From Nitrospinaceae bacterium (lineage in GTDB: Bacteria > Nitrospinota > Nitrospinia > Nitrospinales > VA-1), in contig JAJDAY010000030.1 in the NCBI GenBank assembly GCA_029261655.1, forward strand, positions 186,916-250,915: 64,000 bases of DNA. The letters are read 5' to 3'. The notes beneath the pieces are model-generated. The model did no database searches, was not told the DNA's origin, and saw nothing but the letters and a program-made list of their open reading frames with translations. Both the position numbers and the translations under genes were made by a program. This document shows positions 28,230-37,718 of the stretch, piece after piece (the first letter of the stretch is position 1; the number at the start of each line of letters is the position of its first letter).

Positions 28230-28910
28230 TTAATTAAAATGAATCACGATCAACTGACATTTTTCTTTTGCTGTAAACTCCAGACCGGCTCCCCGGATCA
28301 TGTCGCCATCCTCGATTTCGGTATCGCCAACAGTTCCTGATCCCAACGTCAGATAGGCCATGAATTCGGATTCAATATTAACTTTTTGCTCCGGGTTCAG
28401 CAGGCCGACATCCATCAACGTTTGGCTGTCGAAGGTTTCTGCCTGATCGGGCGAACCGCCATAGATACGGGCAATTTCACCCCATTTAGGGGTGTACAAT
28501 TTGTACCCTGCGGGCTGGCCGGATTTTTCGGGCAAGGCCCAGAGCTGAATCATCCGGTTGATGGCGTTGTCCGGGTTGATTTCGTTGTGGGAGAACCCTT
28601 CGCCTCCCGCGCGTTGCACTTGCACGTCAAAGGTTTTCAGTTCCTGCCCGTGTTCGAGCGAACCTTCATGGGCAATGTTTCCCTCGACCATGACCGAGAT
28701 GACGTCAATTTCCCGGTGGCTGTGCATTCGGGTTTCGCCGTGAGGATCGAATCGGGCATCCGCCAGATAGACGAAGCTTCCGATTCCAGTCCAGGTGCCC
28801 GGATTGACATGGGGGCCAAAGGCTTTCGGGTCCATGACCAGCCGATGTTCTTTAAGCCCCGCAAACCCGCCTCGATGCAGATCGTCCCGATGCAGTATTT
28901 TCACAGTCAT
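28230..28910 (-). CDS. Pirin family (bicupin) protein
   Basis: Cupin metal-site region MHSHREIDVISVMVEGNIAHEGS, ~226 aa. Confidence 0.85.
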   Translation of the reverse strand: MTVKILHRDDLHRGGFAGLKEHRLVMDPKAFGPHVNPGTWTGIGSFVYLADARFDPHGETRMHSHREIDVISVMVEGNIAHEGSLEHGQELKTFDVQVQRAGGEGFSHNEINPDNAINRMIQLWALPEKSGQPAGYKLYTPKWGEIARIYGGSPDQAETFDSQTLMDVGLLNPEQKVNIESEFMAYLTLGSGTVGDTEIEDGDMIRGAGLEFTAKEKCQLIVIHFN

Positions 28911-28976
28911 TGATCATTTCCTTTCCCAGATGTTTCTTCACTGTTAAAGAATAAGATCAACTTATGGAAGTGTCAA

Positions 28977-30395
28977 TCAGGGGGCATCGATCCAGTCAAT
29001 GGCGCTGTTGAGGCGGGATATTGAAACGTCTTTTCCGAGCAGGTGAAGGACTTCGTATATGCCGGGGCTTTCCTTTTTTCCGGTCAACGCGATGCGCACC
29101 GGCTGGGCCAGTTTGCCGAGTTTGATGTCGGCCTGCTCGATGATGTCTTTAAATATTTTTTCAACTTCAGTTTCTGAAAAATCGTTTAAATTCGCGAGAC
29201 TGGCGATCAGCATTTCGAGGTGCGGTTTGGTTTCAGGCGTCAGAAATTTTGCCCGCGCTTTTTCATCGAACTCCAGTTCCGTCTTGAAATAAAACTCCGA
29301 CTTCTGCGCCATCTCGACCAGGGTCGTCGCCCGCTGGTTGAGCGATGAAATAGGACGAGCGATGGCTTCCATACTCAATCCGTGACCTTCAGAAAGAATG
29401 CCCTCCTTAACCAGAATCGGTTCCCAGTGTTCGGATAATTCCAGGGGCGGGGTGTTCTTGATGTACTCCTGATTGAGCCACAGCAGTTTTTCGGGGTTGA
29501 ACACCGCCGCCGAGGTGGTGATATTTTCCAGCGAAAAATGCCGGATCAATTCCTCTTGAGTGAATATTTCCTGATCGCCGTGCGACCAGCCCAGACGCAC
29601 CAGATAGTTGATGACCGCTTGGGGAAGGTAGCCCATGTCACGGTAGGCAAGAACGGAGGTCGCGCCGTGCCGCTTGCTGAGTCGGGCTTTATCCGCGCCC
29701 AGGATCATGGAAATATGCGCGAATTTCGGCTGGGCAACTTCCAGTGCTTCGTATAACAGCGCCTGCCGGGGCGTGTTGGATAGATGATCGTCTCCCCGTA
29801 TCACATGAGTGATGCCCATATCCGCGTCGTCGACCACCACCACAAAGTTATAAGTGGGGGTGCCGTCGGTTCTCTGGATGATGAGGTCGTCCATTTCCTG
29901 ATTGTCGAAGGCAATCTTTCCGCGCAGCAGGTCATGAACGGTGACCGTGCCGTCGGGCGGGGTCTTGAAGCGAATGACAAAGGGAACGCCTTCCGGTCGA
30001 TCGTTTCGGTTTCGGCAGGTTCCGTCGTATTTGGGTTTCAAGCCCTTTTTCTGCGCTTCCTGCCGCCGCAAATCCAATTCGTCGGGAGTGCAGTAACAGC
30101 GATAGGCGTTCCCCTTCTTTAACAGGAGTTCCACTTTTTCCTTATAGAGTTCCTGCCGCTCCATTTGCTTGAAAGGGCCTTCATCCCAATGGAGTCCCAG
30201 CCACTTCATGGCGGTGAGGATTTCCTCAATCGATTCTTCGGTCGAACGGGAGACATCGGTGTCCTCGACACGCAGGATGAATTTCCCGCCATGATGCCGG
30301 GCGAACAGCCAGTTGAAAAGGGCGGTTCTAACGCCGCCGATGTGCAGGGTTCCGGTGGGGCTGGGGGCAAATCTTACTCTGACGTTGTCGTTCAT
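28977..30395 (-). CDS. gltX: Glutamate--tRNA ligase
   Basis: VRFAPSPTGTLHIGGVRTALFNW (HIGH) and RLSKRHG (KMSKS), 472 aa. Confidence 0.95.
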   Translation of the reverse strand: MNDNVRVRFAPSPTGTLHIGGVRTALFNWLFARHHGGKFILRVEDTDVSRSTEESIEEILTAMKWLGLHWDEGPFKQMERQELYKEKVELLLKKGNAYRCYCTPDELDLRRQEAQKKGLKPKYDGTCRNRNDRPEGVPFVIRFKTPPDGTVTVHDLLRGKIAFDNQEMDDLIIQRTDGTPTYNFVVVVDDADMGITHVIRGDDHLSNTPRQALLYEALEVAQPKFAHISMILGADKARLSKRHGATSVLAYRDMGYLPQAVINYLVRLGWSHGDQEIFTQEELIRHFSLENITTSAAVFNPEKLLWLNQEYIKNTPPLELSEHWEPILVKEGILSEGHGLSMEAIARPISSLNQRATTLVEMAQKSEFYFKTELEFDEKARAKFLTPETKPHLEMLIASLANLNDFSETEVEKIFKDIIEQADIKLGKLAQPVRIALTGKKESPGIYEVLHLLGKDVSISRLNSAIDWIDAP

Positions 30396-30693
30396 TATTT
30401 ATTCAATTTCCGGTTAAAGAGGGATTGTTTTCTGGAATCAGTTGGTTTGAGGTGACAAAGATGGATATTAATTCATTGGGTGAAGGCCGTCAAACTTTCC
30501 ACCGAATATTTTAAATTAATAATAGAAAAATTGACGATTCCAGGATCAGGGTTTTCAATCGTTTATAAAATAGCCTGGAAATAAGGGGTTCTGGCGGTTG
30601 CAACCCGGTTTTATTCGGTGGTATATTTATTGCTTCTCTAAACATTCATTGCTTCAAAAACTTTATCTGCTCGCCAGAGAGGAGTTCGTGGTC

Positions 30694-30945
30694 ATGTTAA
30701 AGGAAAATGAATCTATCATCGCGAAGAATGGCCGCAAATTAGCAGTTAAACGGCCGGACCTGGTTTTGAAATACCCGGACACCCGGCATAAAAGAGATTT
30801 TTTGTCTCTTGCCAGGAAAACTTCGCGCCCCGGTATCTTTGAATTGCTGGGTTCTTATGACCTGAACACCGATGACGCGAATCTGTTTGGGGACGATCAA
30901 TACCGCCGCCTGATGAACCTCCTTGTTTACCGTAGCCAGATATAA
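30694..30945 (+). CDS. Hypothetical small protein (83 aa from ATG 30694; the track ORF begins at TTG 30598)
   Basis: GAGGAG lies 9 nt upstream of ATG 30694. No family is recognised. Confidence 0.35.
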   Translation: MLKENESIIAKNGRKLAVKRPDLVLKYPDTRHKRDFLSLARKTSRPGIFELLGSYDLNTDDANLFGDDQYRRLMNLLVYRSQI

Positions 30946-31102
30946 GTCTACTCTCCCTGGATCGGCTGCAACCAGACAATATTTTCCTGTATTTGTAATT
31001 CGATATCCAAAAATTAAAACCAGGCCGATCGAGCAGGGTGCAGGTCGGGTCTTTTCCTGAATGAGTTTTTCCTGAGGGAAGGTTATTAGCCAGGGCGGAG
31101 AA

Positions 31103-31142
31103 GGAAAAAAGAAAACCGCCGGCCCGGTGGGACCGACGGTTT
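31103..31142 (-). terminator. Rho-independent terminator downstream of the 145-aa secreted-protein gene
   Basis: The minus strand reads AAACCGTCGG-tcccaccggg-CCGGCGGTTT followed by TCTTTTTTCCTT. The stem has one mismatch. Confidence 0.5.
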
Positions 31143-31186
31143 CCTCTAGGGTAAGAGTTTCACTCGCGATAAAACCCTTAGATCAT

Positions 31187-31624
31187 TTACTTGCAGTCAA
31201 CATTAACTCCGATAGCGCCGGTGTTGGTGATTTTTACGGTTCCGCTGATGTCGCCAATGGAGTCACCACGGCTGAATTCAGTTTGCTTACCTAAAGTAAC
31301 CTTGCTCGCGCCCATGCCGCCCTTGGGAGCAAGACCGGTTGTTTTGTCGGTAGCATTAGCAACCCGGTTATCGTCGTTCGGTCCTAAAGAAATAGGCACG
31401 GTGGTGTAGTTGGAAGATTTCCAGACAACAAGGTTAGCCGTCCCACGGTCGTTGGTGGTATGACCGAATTTGCCGCTGTATGCCGGAGCGGTTTTAACCA
31501 CTTCCAGTTCAATGGCATTGGCATCTTTACAGCTGGTGGACTGACCTGGAGTGATTGTTCCCGCAAATGCGGCAACACTGGTGCTGGCGATAAAAATCGC
31601 GGTTAGCAGGAGGATCTTTTTCAT
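31187..31624 (-). CDS. Small secreted protein (145 aa), unknown family, Cys near the mature N-terminus and penultimate Cys
   Basis: Signal peptide MKKILLLTAIFIASTSVAAFA, a G/T/N-rich mature part suggesting a beta-rich fold, C32 and a C-terminal ...VDCK. Confidence 0.6.
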   Translation of the reverse strand: MKKILLLTAIFIASTSVAAFAGTITPGQSTSCKDANAIELEVVKTAPAYSGKFGHTTNDRGTANLVVWKSSNYTTVPISLGPNDDNRVANATDKTTGLAPKGGMGASKVTLGKQTEFSRGDSIGDISGTVKITNTGAIGVNVDCK

Positions 31625-31712
31625 TGTTCTTCCCCTTTCAAAAAATGGTTTTTACAGTTGAAATAACGTCCCCAAACAAAAAACTTCATGTTTAACTCCA
31701 ACCCTGGAGCAT

Positions 31713-32093
31713 TCATGCCTTCAAACGAGCTTCTACAACTACCTGATGACAGGTATTCTTCGTGGACTCGGATTTGGGAAGCAAGGAATAACAAATTGCA
31801 TAAATTCCTTCCCTGACGAATTCCAAGTCGAAGGCCTGCCCCGATTGAAACTCTTCAATTTGCATCATCTTTATCCCGGTAGAAACTTTTACGATCTTCA
31901 AATGGTAAAGGGTGGTTTTAAAGTCGTTGGAGACTTTGACCGCCTGGCCCTTGGAAATATTTATTTGGGATATTTCTTCAGGAGATTGGTGAAGGGAAAT
32001 GAGCCTGGCTTTCGCGTCCGCCGATTGGTAGGACAGGCCTATCAGGAGAAACCCCATGACCAATGCAATTCGGAAAAATCCTGTTTGTGTCAT
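31713..32093 (-). CDS. Small secreted protein (126 aa), unknown family
   Basis: Signal peptide ...LSYQSADA, then a beta-rich sequence with two Cys. Confidence 0.55.
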   Translation of the reverse strand: MTQTGFFRIALVMGFLLIGLSYQSADAKARLISLHQSPEEISQINISKGQAVKVSNDFKTTLYHLKIVKVSTGIKMMQIEEFQSGQAFDLEFVREGIYAICYSLLPKSESTKNTCHQVVVEARLKA

Positions 32094-32376
32094 GCTTTCG
32101 AAAATTCGTTGAATGATTAATTAAAACCCGTTTCTACTGGCCTGTGCTCGCCGCTGGAGTCCTTTAATTAGGGGGAGTTTAGGTCATTTAAAGTTCCTGC
32201 GGTATCAGGAAACCACTGGTTTTTGAGTGGGAATATTCCTGTCTAAGCGTAGGAAAACCCTTCGTTCGGCAAGGATTATGGGAAGAAGGATAGAAGATTC
32301 CTGAATAATCGTAATATCTACGGGATGTTTCGTGACTTGCGGCGGGATTGCTCCCTGGGGTGTATCCAAATGAGAA

Positions 32377-33039
32377 TTACGAAAGGTTGTTGTTGATAGC
32401 GTAACGGATCAGTTCCGCGTTTTTTTTCATTTTCATTTTTTCGAGGATGCGGGTGCGGTGGGTACTGATGGTTTTGACACTCAATGAAAGTTGTTTGCCG
32501 ATGTCTGTCAGGGAAATCCCGTTGGCGATCATGCCGAACACCTGAAACTCCCGGTCCGACAGAGTTTCATGGAGAGGTTTGTCGGAGTTGGAAAAGTCGA
32601 AAGCCAGTTTTTCCGTTATTCGTGGGCTGGCATATTTGCCCCCACGGGCCACTTTGCGCGCGGCTTCGACCAGCAGGTCCGGGTCGCTTTCCTTGGTCAG
32701 GTAACCGGAGGCCCCGGCCTTGATGAACCTCACGGCGTATTGGTCTTCTGAATACACGCTCACCACAAGAACAGGAAGTTTCGGGTTTTCAAGTTTCAGC
32801 TGTTTCAAAACATCCAGCGCGCCTTTGCCAGGCATGGCAATGTCCAGCAGTATCAAATCGTATTCATCGGCAGGACTTTGTTGCACCAGTGTGATCAAGT
32901 CGTCGCTGTTTTCAACTTCTCCCGCCACCACGATGTCGCTGGTTTCCGAAAACGTGTGTTTCAGGCCCTGCCTGAAAAGCGGATGGTCGTCCGCGATGAG
33001 TAACCTGATTTGAGTTGTTTCCTGATAAGTCCTGGTCAT
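32377..33039 (-). CDS. NarL/LuxR-family two-component response regulator
   Basis: Receiver domain RLLIADDHPLFRQGL...LILLDIAMPG and LuxR HTH LSDREFQVFGMIANGISLTDIGKQLSLSVKTISTHRTRILEKM. I chose ATG 33039 because it overlaps the kinase stop (ATGA at 33036..33039). Confidence 0.9.
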   Translation of the reverse strand: MTRTYQETTQIRLLIADDHPLFRQGLKHTFSETSDIVVAGEVENSDDLITLVQQSPADEYDLILLDIAMPGKGALDVLKQLKLENPKLPVLVVSVYSEDQYAVRFIKAGASGYLTKESDPDLLVEAARKVARGGKYASPRITEKLAFDFSNSDKPLHETLSDREFQVFGMIANGISLTDIGKQLSLSVKTISTHRTRILEKMKMKKNAELIRYAINNNLS

Positions 33040-34658
33040 TTTGGTCTGCACTTGAGGTTGATGGTAACTGTGGTCCCTTCATTGGGGGTTCCTATTATAT
33101 CAACTTTTCCTCCCCATACAAGGGCGCGTTCGCGGATACCCAGCAAGCCCAGGGACCTTAGGTTTGAAATTTGATTTTTTGAAATGCCGATTCCATTATC
33201 CCTGATCTGAAGGGTGACGTCCCCGTTACTATTTTTGAGACTGATATTGATTTTGTCGGCTTTCGCATGGCGGGTCACATTGGTCAAAGTTTCCTGAAAG
33301 ATGCGGAACAGGGTGGTGGACCGGTCCTTATCCAGAGCAAAGCCATTGTTCCCAAAATCGATATCACATTGGATTCCGGTCCGATTTTCAAATTCTATTG
33401 CCTGCCATTCAATCGCTTCCGGGAGGCCGAAGTCGTCCAATATGGGAGGCCGCAAATCCATGACCAGTTTTTTGCCCGCTTGAATGGTTGTGTCGAGAAT
33501 CTCTAACATCATTTCGGTGTAAGACCGGAGAGCGGAGTCATTTTTTTCCAATTTTTTATCCAGCAGGGAGATTTCCATTTTGAGAGCAGTTAAGGCTTGC
33601 GCCAGCTCATCATGGATTTCCCTGGCCATCCGCGTTCTTTCTTCCTCGCGCACCAGTTCCAGCCGGTGATAAAGCTCACGCAATTGTTCATGTGAATGTT
33701 TGGCTTCCTCTTCAGCCCTTTTTCGCTCCAGTACCCGGCCCATCTGGGTTCCCAACTGGGTCATGATCCCCAGTAATTTTCCGTTCGGTTCCACCGCTTG
33801 AGTCGAGAAAAATTCCATTACGCCAACAATTTCATCTCCGATCGGAATGGGAAATGCAAAACCCGCTTTCACGCCAATATTTTTTGCGAGATTGGCACGC
33901 GGGAAATTGGGATCTTTGGTCACGTCGATGATCCACGCGGGTTTTCCGCTGGCGATGACTCGTCCCGGAAGCCCCTCCCCGGAGTTGAAGGGAGTCACAT
34001 CCGTGATGTTGCGAAAGGTTTCAAACCGGGCGGGATCTTCCAGATGCCAAATACCCGCTGGAACCAGTTGGAGGGAATAGCGTTCCGAGGTCAGGTACAG
34101 ATGTCCGACAGGCCAGCCTGTATGGGCGCAAATTCGTTTCAAACAGTATTCCAGAGTATTTCCTATGGGCTGGGTTTCGTTGGACATCACAGCAATGTCC
34201 TTGTGCAATTCCACGAACCCGCTTTCAAGCCGCAATAACTCGTTGGTCTCGTCCAGTTTTTTCGTGCGGTCCTGAACTCTTCTTTCCAGCTCTTCGCTGG
34301 CTTCCTGTAGCTTTACCTCTGCCCGAATCTGCCATAGACATAAAATGGCCGTCATCCAAAGGGTGAAAATAGATATCGCTCTATTGGAAAGAACTTTCCA
34401 CTGCACCCCGCCTTCTGGAGAGAGGTAAAACCCGATCAGGATAAGGGTGGTTCCGCATAGGGCGCTCCAGAGGATAAAGTTTTTACTGCGCATCCGTAAG
34501 CCTATCAACACCAGAGCGACATAAAGAACACCGTCCGCCACCCCTAGAGGAAGTAGCAGATCCAGGCTGAAAATAGCCGTGGCGATGAGAACTCCGGCCA
34601 GGATATGCCTCCAGTCTATTTCTTTGCCCTGATTTTTTTCATGAAGGTCGGGAGTCAT
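33036..34658 (-). CDS. Sensor histidine kinase: polytopic N-terminus + GAF + HisKA_3-type dimerisation/H-box + HATPase
   Basis: H-box REIHDELAQALTALK (NarX/LiaS class), a GAF-like segment (GLPGRVIASGKPAWIIDV...), and ATPase motifs (DNGIGI, GLLGIRERA). Confidence 0.9.
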   Translation of the reverse strand: MTPDLHEKNQGKEIDWRHILAGVLIATAIFSLDLLLPLGVADGVLYVALVLIGLRMRSKNFILWSALCGTTLILIGFYLSPEGGVQWKVLSNRAISIFTLWMTAILCLWQIRAEVKLQEASEELERRVQDRTKKLDETNELLRLESGFVELHKDIAVMSNETQPIGNTLEYCLKRICAHTGWPVGHLYLTSERYSLQLVPAGIWHLEDPARFETFRNITDVTPFNSGEGLPGRVIASGKPAWIIDVTKDPNFPRANLAKNIGVKAGFAFPIPIGDEIVGVMEFFSTQAVEPNGKLLGIMTQLGTQMGRVLERKRAEEEAKHSHEQLRELYHRLELVREEERTRMAREIHDELAQALTALKMEISLLDKKLEKNDSALRSYTEMMLEILDTTIQAGKKLVMDLRPPILDDFGLPEAIEWQAIEFENRTGIQCDIDFGNNGFALDKDRSTTLFRIFQETLTNVTRHAKADKINISLKNSNGDVTLQIRDNGIGISKNQISNLRSLGLLGIRERALVWGGKVDIIGTPNEGTTVTINLKCRPK

Positions 34659-34880
34659 TTTGCCTGCAAGATGCCTGGAAAGACTGTAAAATTATATATA
34701 ATAATAACCCTTGTTTGAGCGGGGAAGAATTCATTATAATTGAAAGAAACCTTGATAGCTTAAAAATGTTGGTGAAGGGAACCCCCGACTGCAGATTTGG
34801 GAACCCCTTGACCCTCGAGGCTTCATTCGGTCCGCGCGTCTAAAGAAATTATCAACCGCTCTCTAAACTAGGAGGCCACC

Positions 34881-35396
34881 ATGAAAATCAAAATAATTGC
34901 TATGGGAGTATTGATGGTCCTGATCCATTCATCGCTGGTTTTTGCCAAACAGGAGTTGATGCTCTCCAAGGAACAACAGTTTGACACAGGCCCTGCTATA
35001 GACGGCCATCACAGGGATTGCGAGGCGTTATTTTATGTGGACTCTGGAAAAGACATCGCCGATATGCGCCGGGATTTTCGTAATTATTATTGTGAAGGAA
35101 TGTACACCCTGACTCTGGACGGGCCTGCAGGGTCCACAGTCACCCTGTTCGGGAGTTATGATTTTCGCCAGGAAAGAGGGTATCTCGTCCTTAGAAAAAA
35201 AGACGACCGAAAGATCTGGTTGCTGGAACTTGAAGATCATCCGGCAAACCAATGGTCCACGACGCAAGCCAGTGCCCAGTCGGGCGCATATGAAGCTTTC
35301 TATTATCCCGCGCCAAATTTTCGCAGAAATGTTTCCTCCGTGAAGTGGGACCAGTGGTGGTCGGGTTCGGTTCCAGGTAATATGGAAATAAAATAG
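34881..35396 (+). CDS. Secreted hypothetical protein (171 aa)
   Basis: Signal peptide ...SSLVFA, AGGAGG SD upstream. No family is recognised. Confidence 0.6.
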   Translation: MKIKIIAMGVLMVLIHSSLVFAKQELMLSKEQQFDTGPAIDGHHRDCEALFYVDSGKDIADMRRDFRNYYCEGMYTLTLDGPAGSTVTLFGSYDFRQERGYLVLRKKDDRKIWLLELEDHPANQWSTTQASAQSGAYEAFYYPAPNFRRNVSSVKWDQWWSGSVPGNMEIK

Positions 35397-35426
35397 CCGG
35401 ACTTATTCCTGGAATCGGAAAAAAGA

Positions 35427-36278
35427 ATGAAGGTTGCCGAGGTTCATTGCAAATCCATCCTCACCCGTACCCTGGGGTATTTGAAGGCAGTGAGTTCGCA
35501 TTCTCTCAATCCCTATGTGGGTTGCGGGTTTGGGCGTTCTGCCTGCGGCGAGGGTTGTTATGTCCGTTTCAATCAATGGCTAATGCAGGGACGGGAGTGG
35601 GGCCGGTTCGTGGACATCAAGGTCAATGCCGCCGAAGTCTATTTGCAAACCGTTGAAAAAGAAAAAAAGTGGGCGCGAAAAAACACCGGTTCTTTTTCGG
35701 TTTTTTTCTCCAGTTCGACAGATCCCTGGCAGCCGGTCGAAAGAAAGGCCCGGATGACCCGCCGCCTGCTCACGGCCATGCAGACGCTTCCGCCGGACCG
35801 ATTGATTCTGCAAACACACTCCACTCAGATTTTAGACGATCTGGACAGAATTGAATCGTTGTCTGTAATATGCGATCTCCGGGTGCAACTATCCATCGAA
35901 GGCGACCTGGACCGACTGCCCGGTTTGCCGCCGCCGCCCTGCTCGCTTGCGGACAGACTGGATGTTGCACAACAGTTTGTCGATCGGGGAATTCAAACGG
36001 TGGTCTGCCTGTCGCCTCTTTTCCCCATGCAAGCGCCGGACGTCTTTTTCTCACGCCTGGCGAAAATGGGTGTTTCAGCGGTGGTGATCGACCATTTTAT
36101 TCAAGGGGACGGCACTCCGAACGGCTCCAGAACGCTCAAAACAAAATTACCCGAAGCGATGGCAAAAGTATCTCCTCAGTCGGTCGAACTTTCCTACCGC
36201 GACACGGTCGCCCGGATCGCCAGAAAATATTTGCCCGTTGGAGTTTCAGCCTCAGGTTTTGCCGGACATTACAAGTGA
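35427..36278 (+). CDS. SplB/COG1533-like (DNA-photolyase-type radical SAM fold) protein with a non-canonical Cys motif
   Basis: CKSILTR......SLNPYVGCGFGRSACGEGCYV, then VDIKVNAAEVYL, SSSTDPWQPVE, LILQTHS and SIEGD... follow the family order. The usual CxxxCxxC is replaced by C-x6-C-x3-C. Confidence 0.55.
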   Translation: MKVAEVHCKSILTRTLGYLKAVSSHSLNPYVGCGFGRSACGEGCYVRFNQWLMQGREWGRFVDIKVNAAEVYLQTVEKEKKWARKNTGSFSVFFSSSTDPWQPVERKARMTRRLLTAMQTLPPDRLILQTHSTQILDDLDRIESLSVICDLRVQLSIEGDLDRLPGLPPPPCSLADRLDVAQQFVDRGIQTVVCLSPLFPMQAPDVFFSRLAKMGVSAVVIDHFIQGDGTPNGSRTLKTKLPEAMAKVSPQSVELSYRDTVARIARKYLPVGVSASGFAGHYK

Positions 36279-36315
36279 ATCCGCGTTGACTTGAAACCCC
36301 ATTGTTTATGGGCAC

Positions 36316-36349
36316 AAAAAAACCCCTTTACCTGAAAGGTAAAGGGGTT
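36316..36349 (-). terminator. Rho-independent terminator (12-bp stem), strongest on the minus strand, shared by convergent genes
   Basis: The minus strand reads AACCCCTTTACC-tttca-GGTAAAGGGGTT followed by TTTTT. It sits between the stops at 36278 (+) and 36394 (-). Confidence 0.65.
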
Positions 36350-36393
36350 TGGAAAAACGATTCCTCCGGGGTCGCGCTTATCCGCGCATCCCG

Positions 36394-36558
36394 TTAGTTA
36401 ATATTTTTAGTATTTTTGGACTTGTAGTTTCTCAATGGGGAAAAACCTTCCTTGAACTTTTCGTCCGAACGTTTGATCAATGCTTTTTGCGAAACTACTT
36501 TTTTTAATTTCCCCGAGCGATCAAAAATTTTGACTTCGTAAACACGTATATCATTCAT
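36394..36558 (-). CDS. Small basic hypothetical protein (54 aa from ATG 36558; the track ORF starts at TTG 36591)
   Basis: MNDIRVYEVKIFDRSGKLKK.... It is followed by a strong terminator, and a weak AGGA lies 6 nt upstream of the ATG. Confidence 0.4.
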   Translation of the reverse strand: MNDIRVYEVKIFDRSGKLKKVVSQKALIKRSDEKFKEGFSPLRNYKSKNTKNIN

Positions 36559-37116
36559 AAGTAGTCCTGGTCGAGTTAAGATAATATTCAAAAAAAGTTT
36601 TGTGTCCGTTTGGTCTTTCTCTCCAGGGTAAAAGAAGAAGGGAAGAGACCCGTCGTGGTAGCGAGCCTCTTCCCAGGAGGAGGAGAAAGTAATAAAGCCA
36701 TTATAGGAATGAAAAGTTAAAGTTTTATTAATGCAAAATTAATAAAATTTAATAAATCGGCAAAGGGAAACCTAAAAGAGATTTCTTCGGAATGAGAAAA
36801 TTTGGGCTAATAATATTCGGCTATTAAGATCAATGGGTTAAGTGTGAAAATCCCTTTTCTCTTGCAGGTTGTTAGAATTTATTTTTCCTTAAAAAATCAG
36901 GATATTTTTTTTAAGACTTGCTGATAATGTGGGTTTTATTTGAGTGGCCGCCGTCCAGGCCCTGTTTTTAAGGGCTGAGTTCCTGAGCCGGGCAGAAATT
37001 TTATAGGCCCTCAGAACCAATCATGTGACGGGTTTGGCAGGATTGGCTGTTTATTTAAAGGGCTGAAATGGTAAAGTGGGTATTCACTCAATATCGTTTT
37101 CAATGAAGGAGAAAAG

Positions 37117-37644
37117 ATGCGTACTCACAGCAAAGGGTTTTTTGGGATTCAATTAATGACAATATTATCTATTGGCTTGTTGGGTCTTTCTCAGGCAATG
37201 GCGGACGATCAAGCCGCAGTCAAAAAGGGAGACATGGTGAGTTTGCATTACACCGGAACCCTTGATGACGGAAGTGTCTTTGACACTTCAACAAAACGTA
37301 ATGAGCCTTTAAAATTCACCGCAGGTTCCGGACAGGTGATACCCGGTTTTGACCAGGCCGTGGTGGGGATGAAAAAAGGCGAGGAAAAGAAATTCACACT
37401 TCAACCCTCTGACGCGTATGGCGACCGCAAGCCTGAAATGACGCAAACCGTACCCAGAAAACATTTGCCGCAAGATCACGAGCCCAAGCCGGGAATGACC
37501 CTTGTCATGGGAACGGCTGATGGCCGACAGGTTCCCGCTGTCATCACTGAGGTGACCCCGGAAAATGTCACGTTGGACCTGAACCATCCTCTGGCGGGAA
37601 AAGCGTTAACTTTTGATATAAAAATTGTTGAGATTTCACATTGA
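37117..37644 (+). CDS. FKBP-type peptidyl-prolyl cis-trans isomerase, SlyD-like (with insert-in-flap region), carrying an N-terminal signal peptide
   Basis: HYTGTLDDGSVFDTS, GSGQVIPGFDQAVVGMKKGE, DLNHPLAGKALTFDIKIVEI, and N-terminal ...LGLSQAMA. Confidence 0.9.
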   Translation: MRTHSKGFFGIQLMTILSIGLLGLSQAMADDQAAVKKGDMVSLHYTGTLDDGSVFDTSTKRNEPLKFTAGSGQVIPGFDQAVVGMKKGEEKKFTLQPSDAYGDRKPEMTQTVPRKHLPQDHEPKPGMTLVMGTADGRQVPAVITEVTPENVTLDLNHPLAGKALTFDIKIVEISH

Positions 37645-37718
37645 CCCGTTTTCTCATCTGATCCGGAAGACTTGAAACCCAATGCCCTGCAATTTCACCT
37701 TACGGGGACTGGGGCCTG

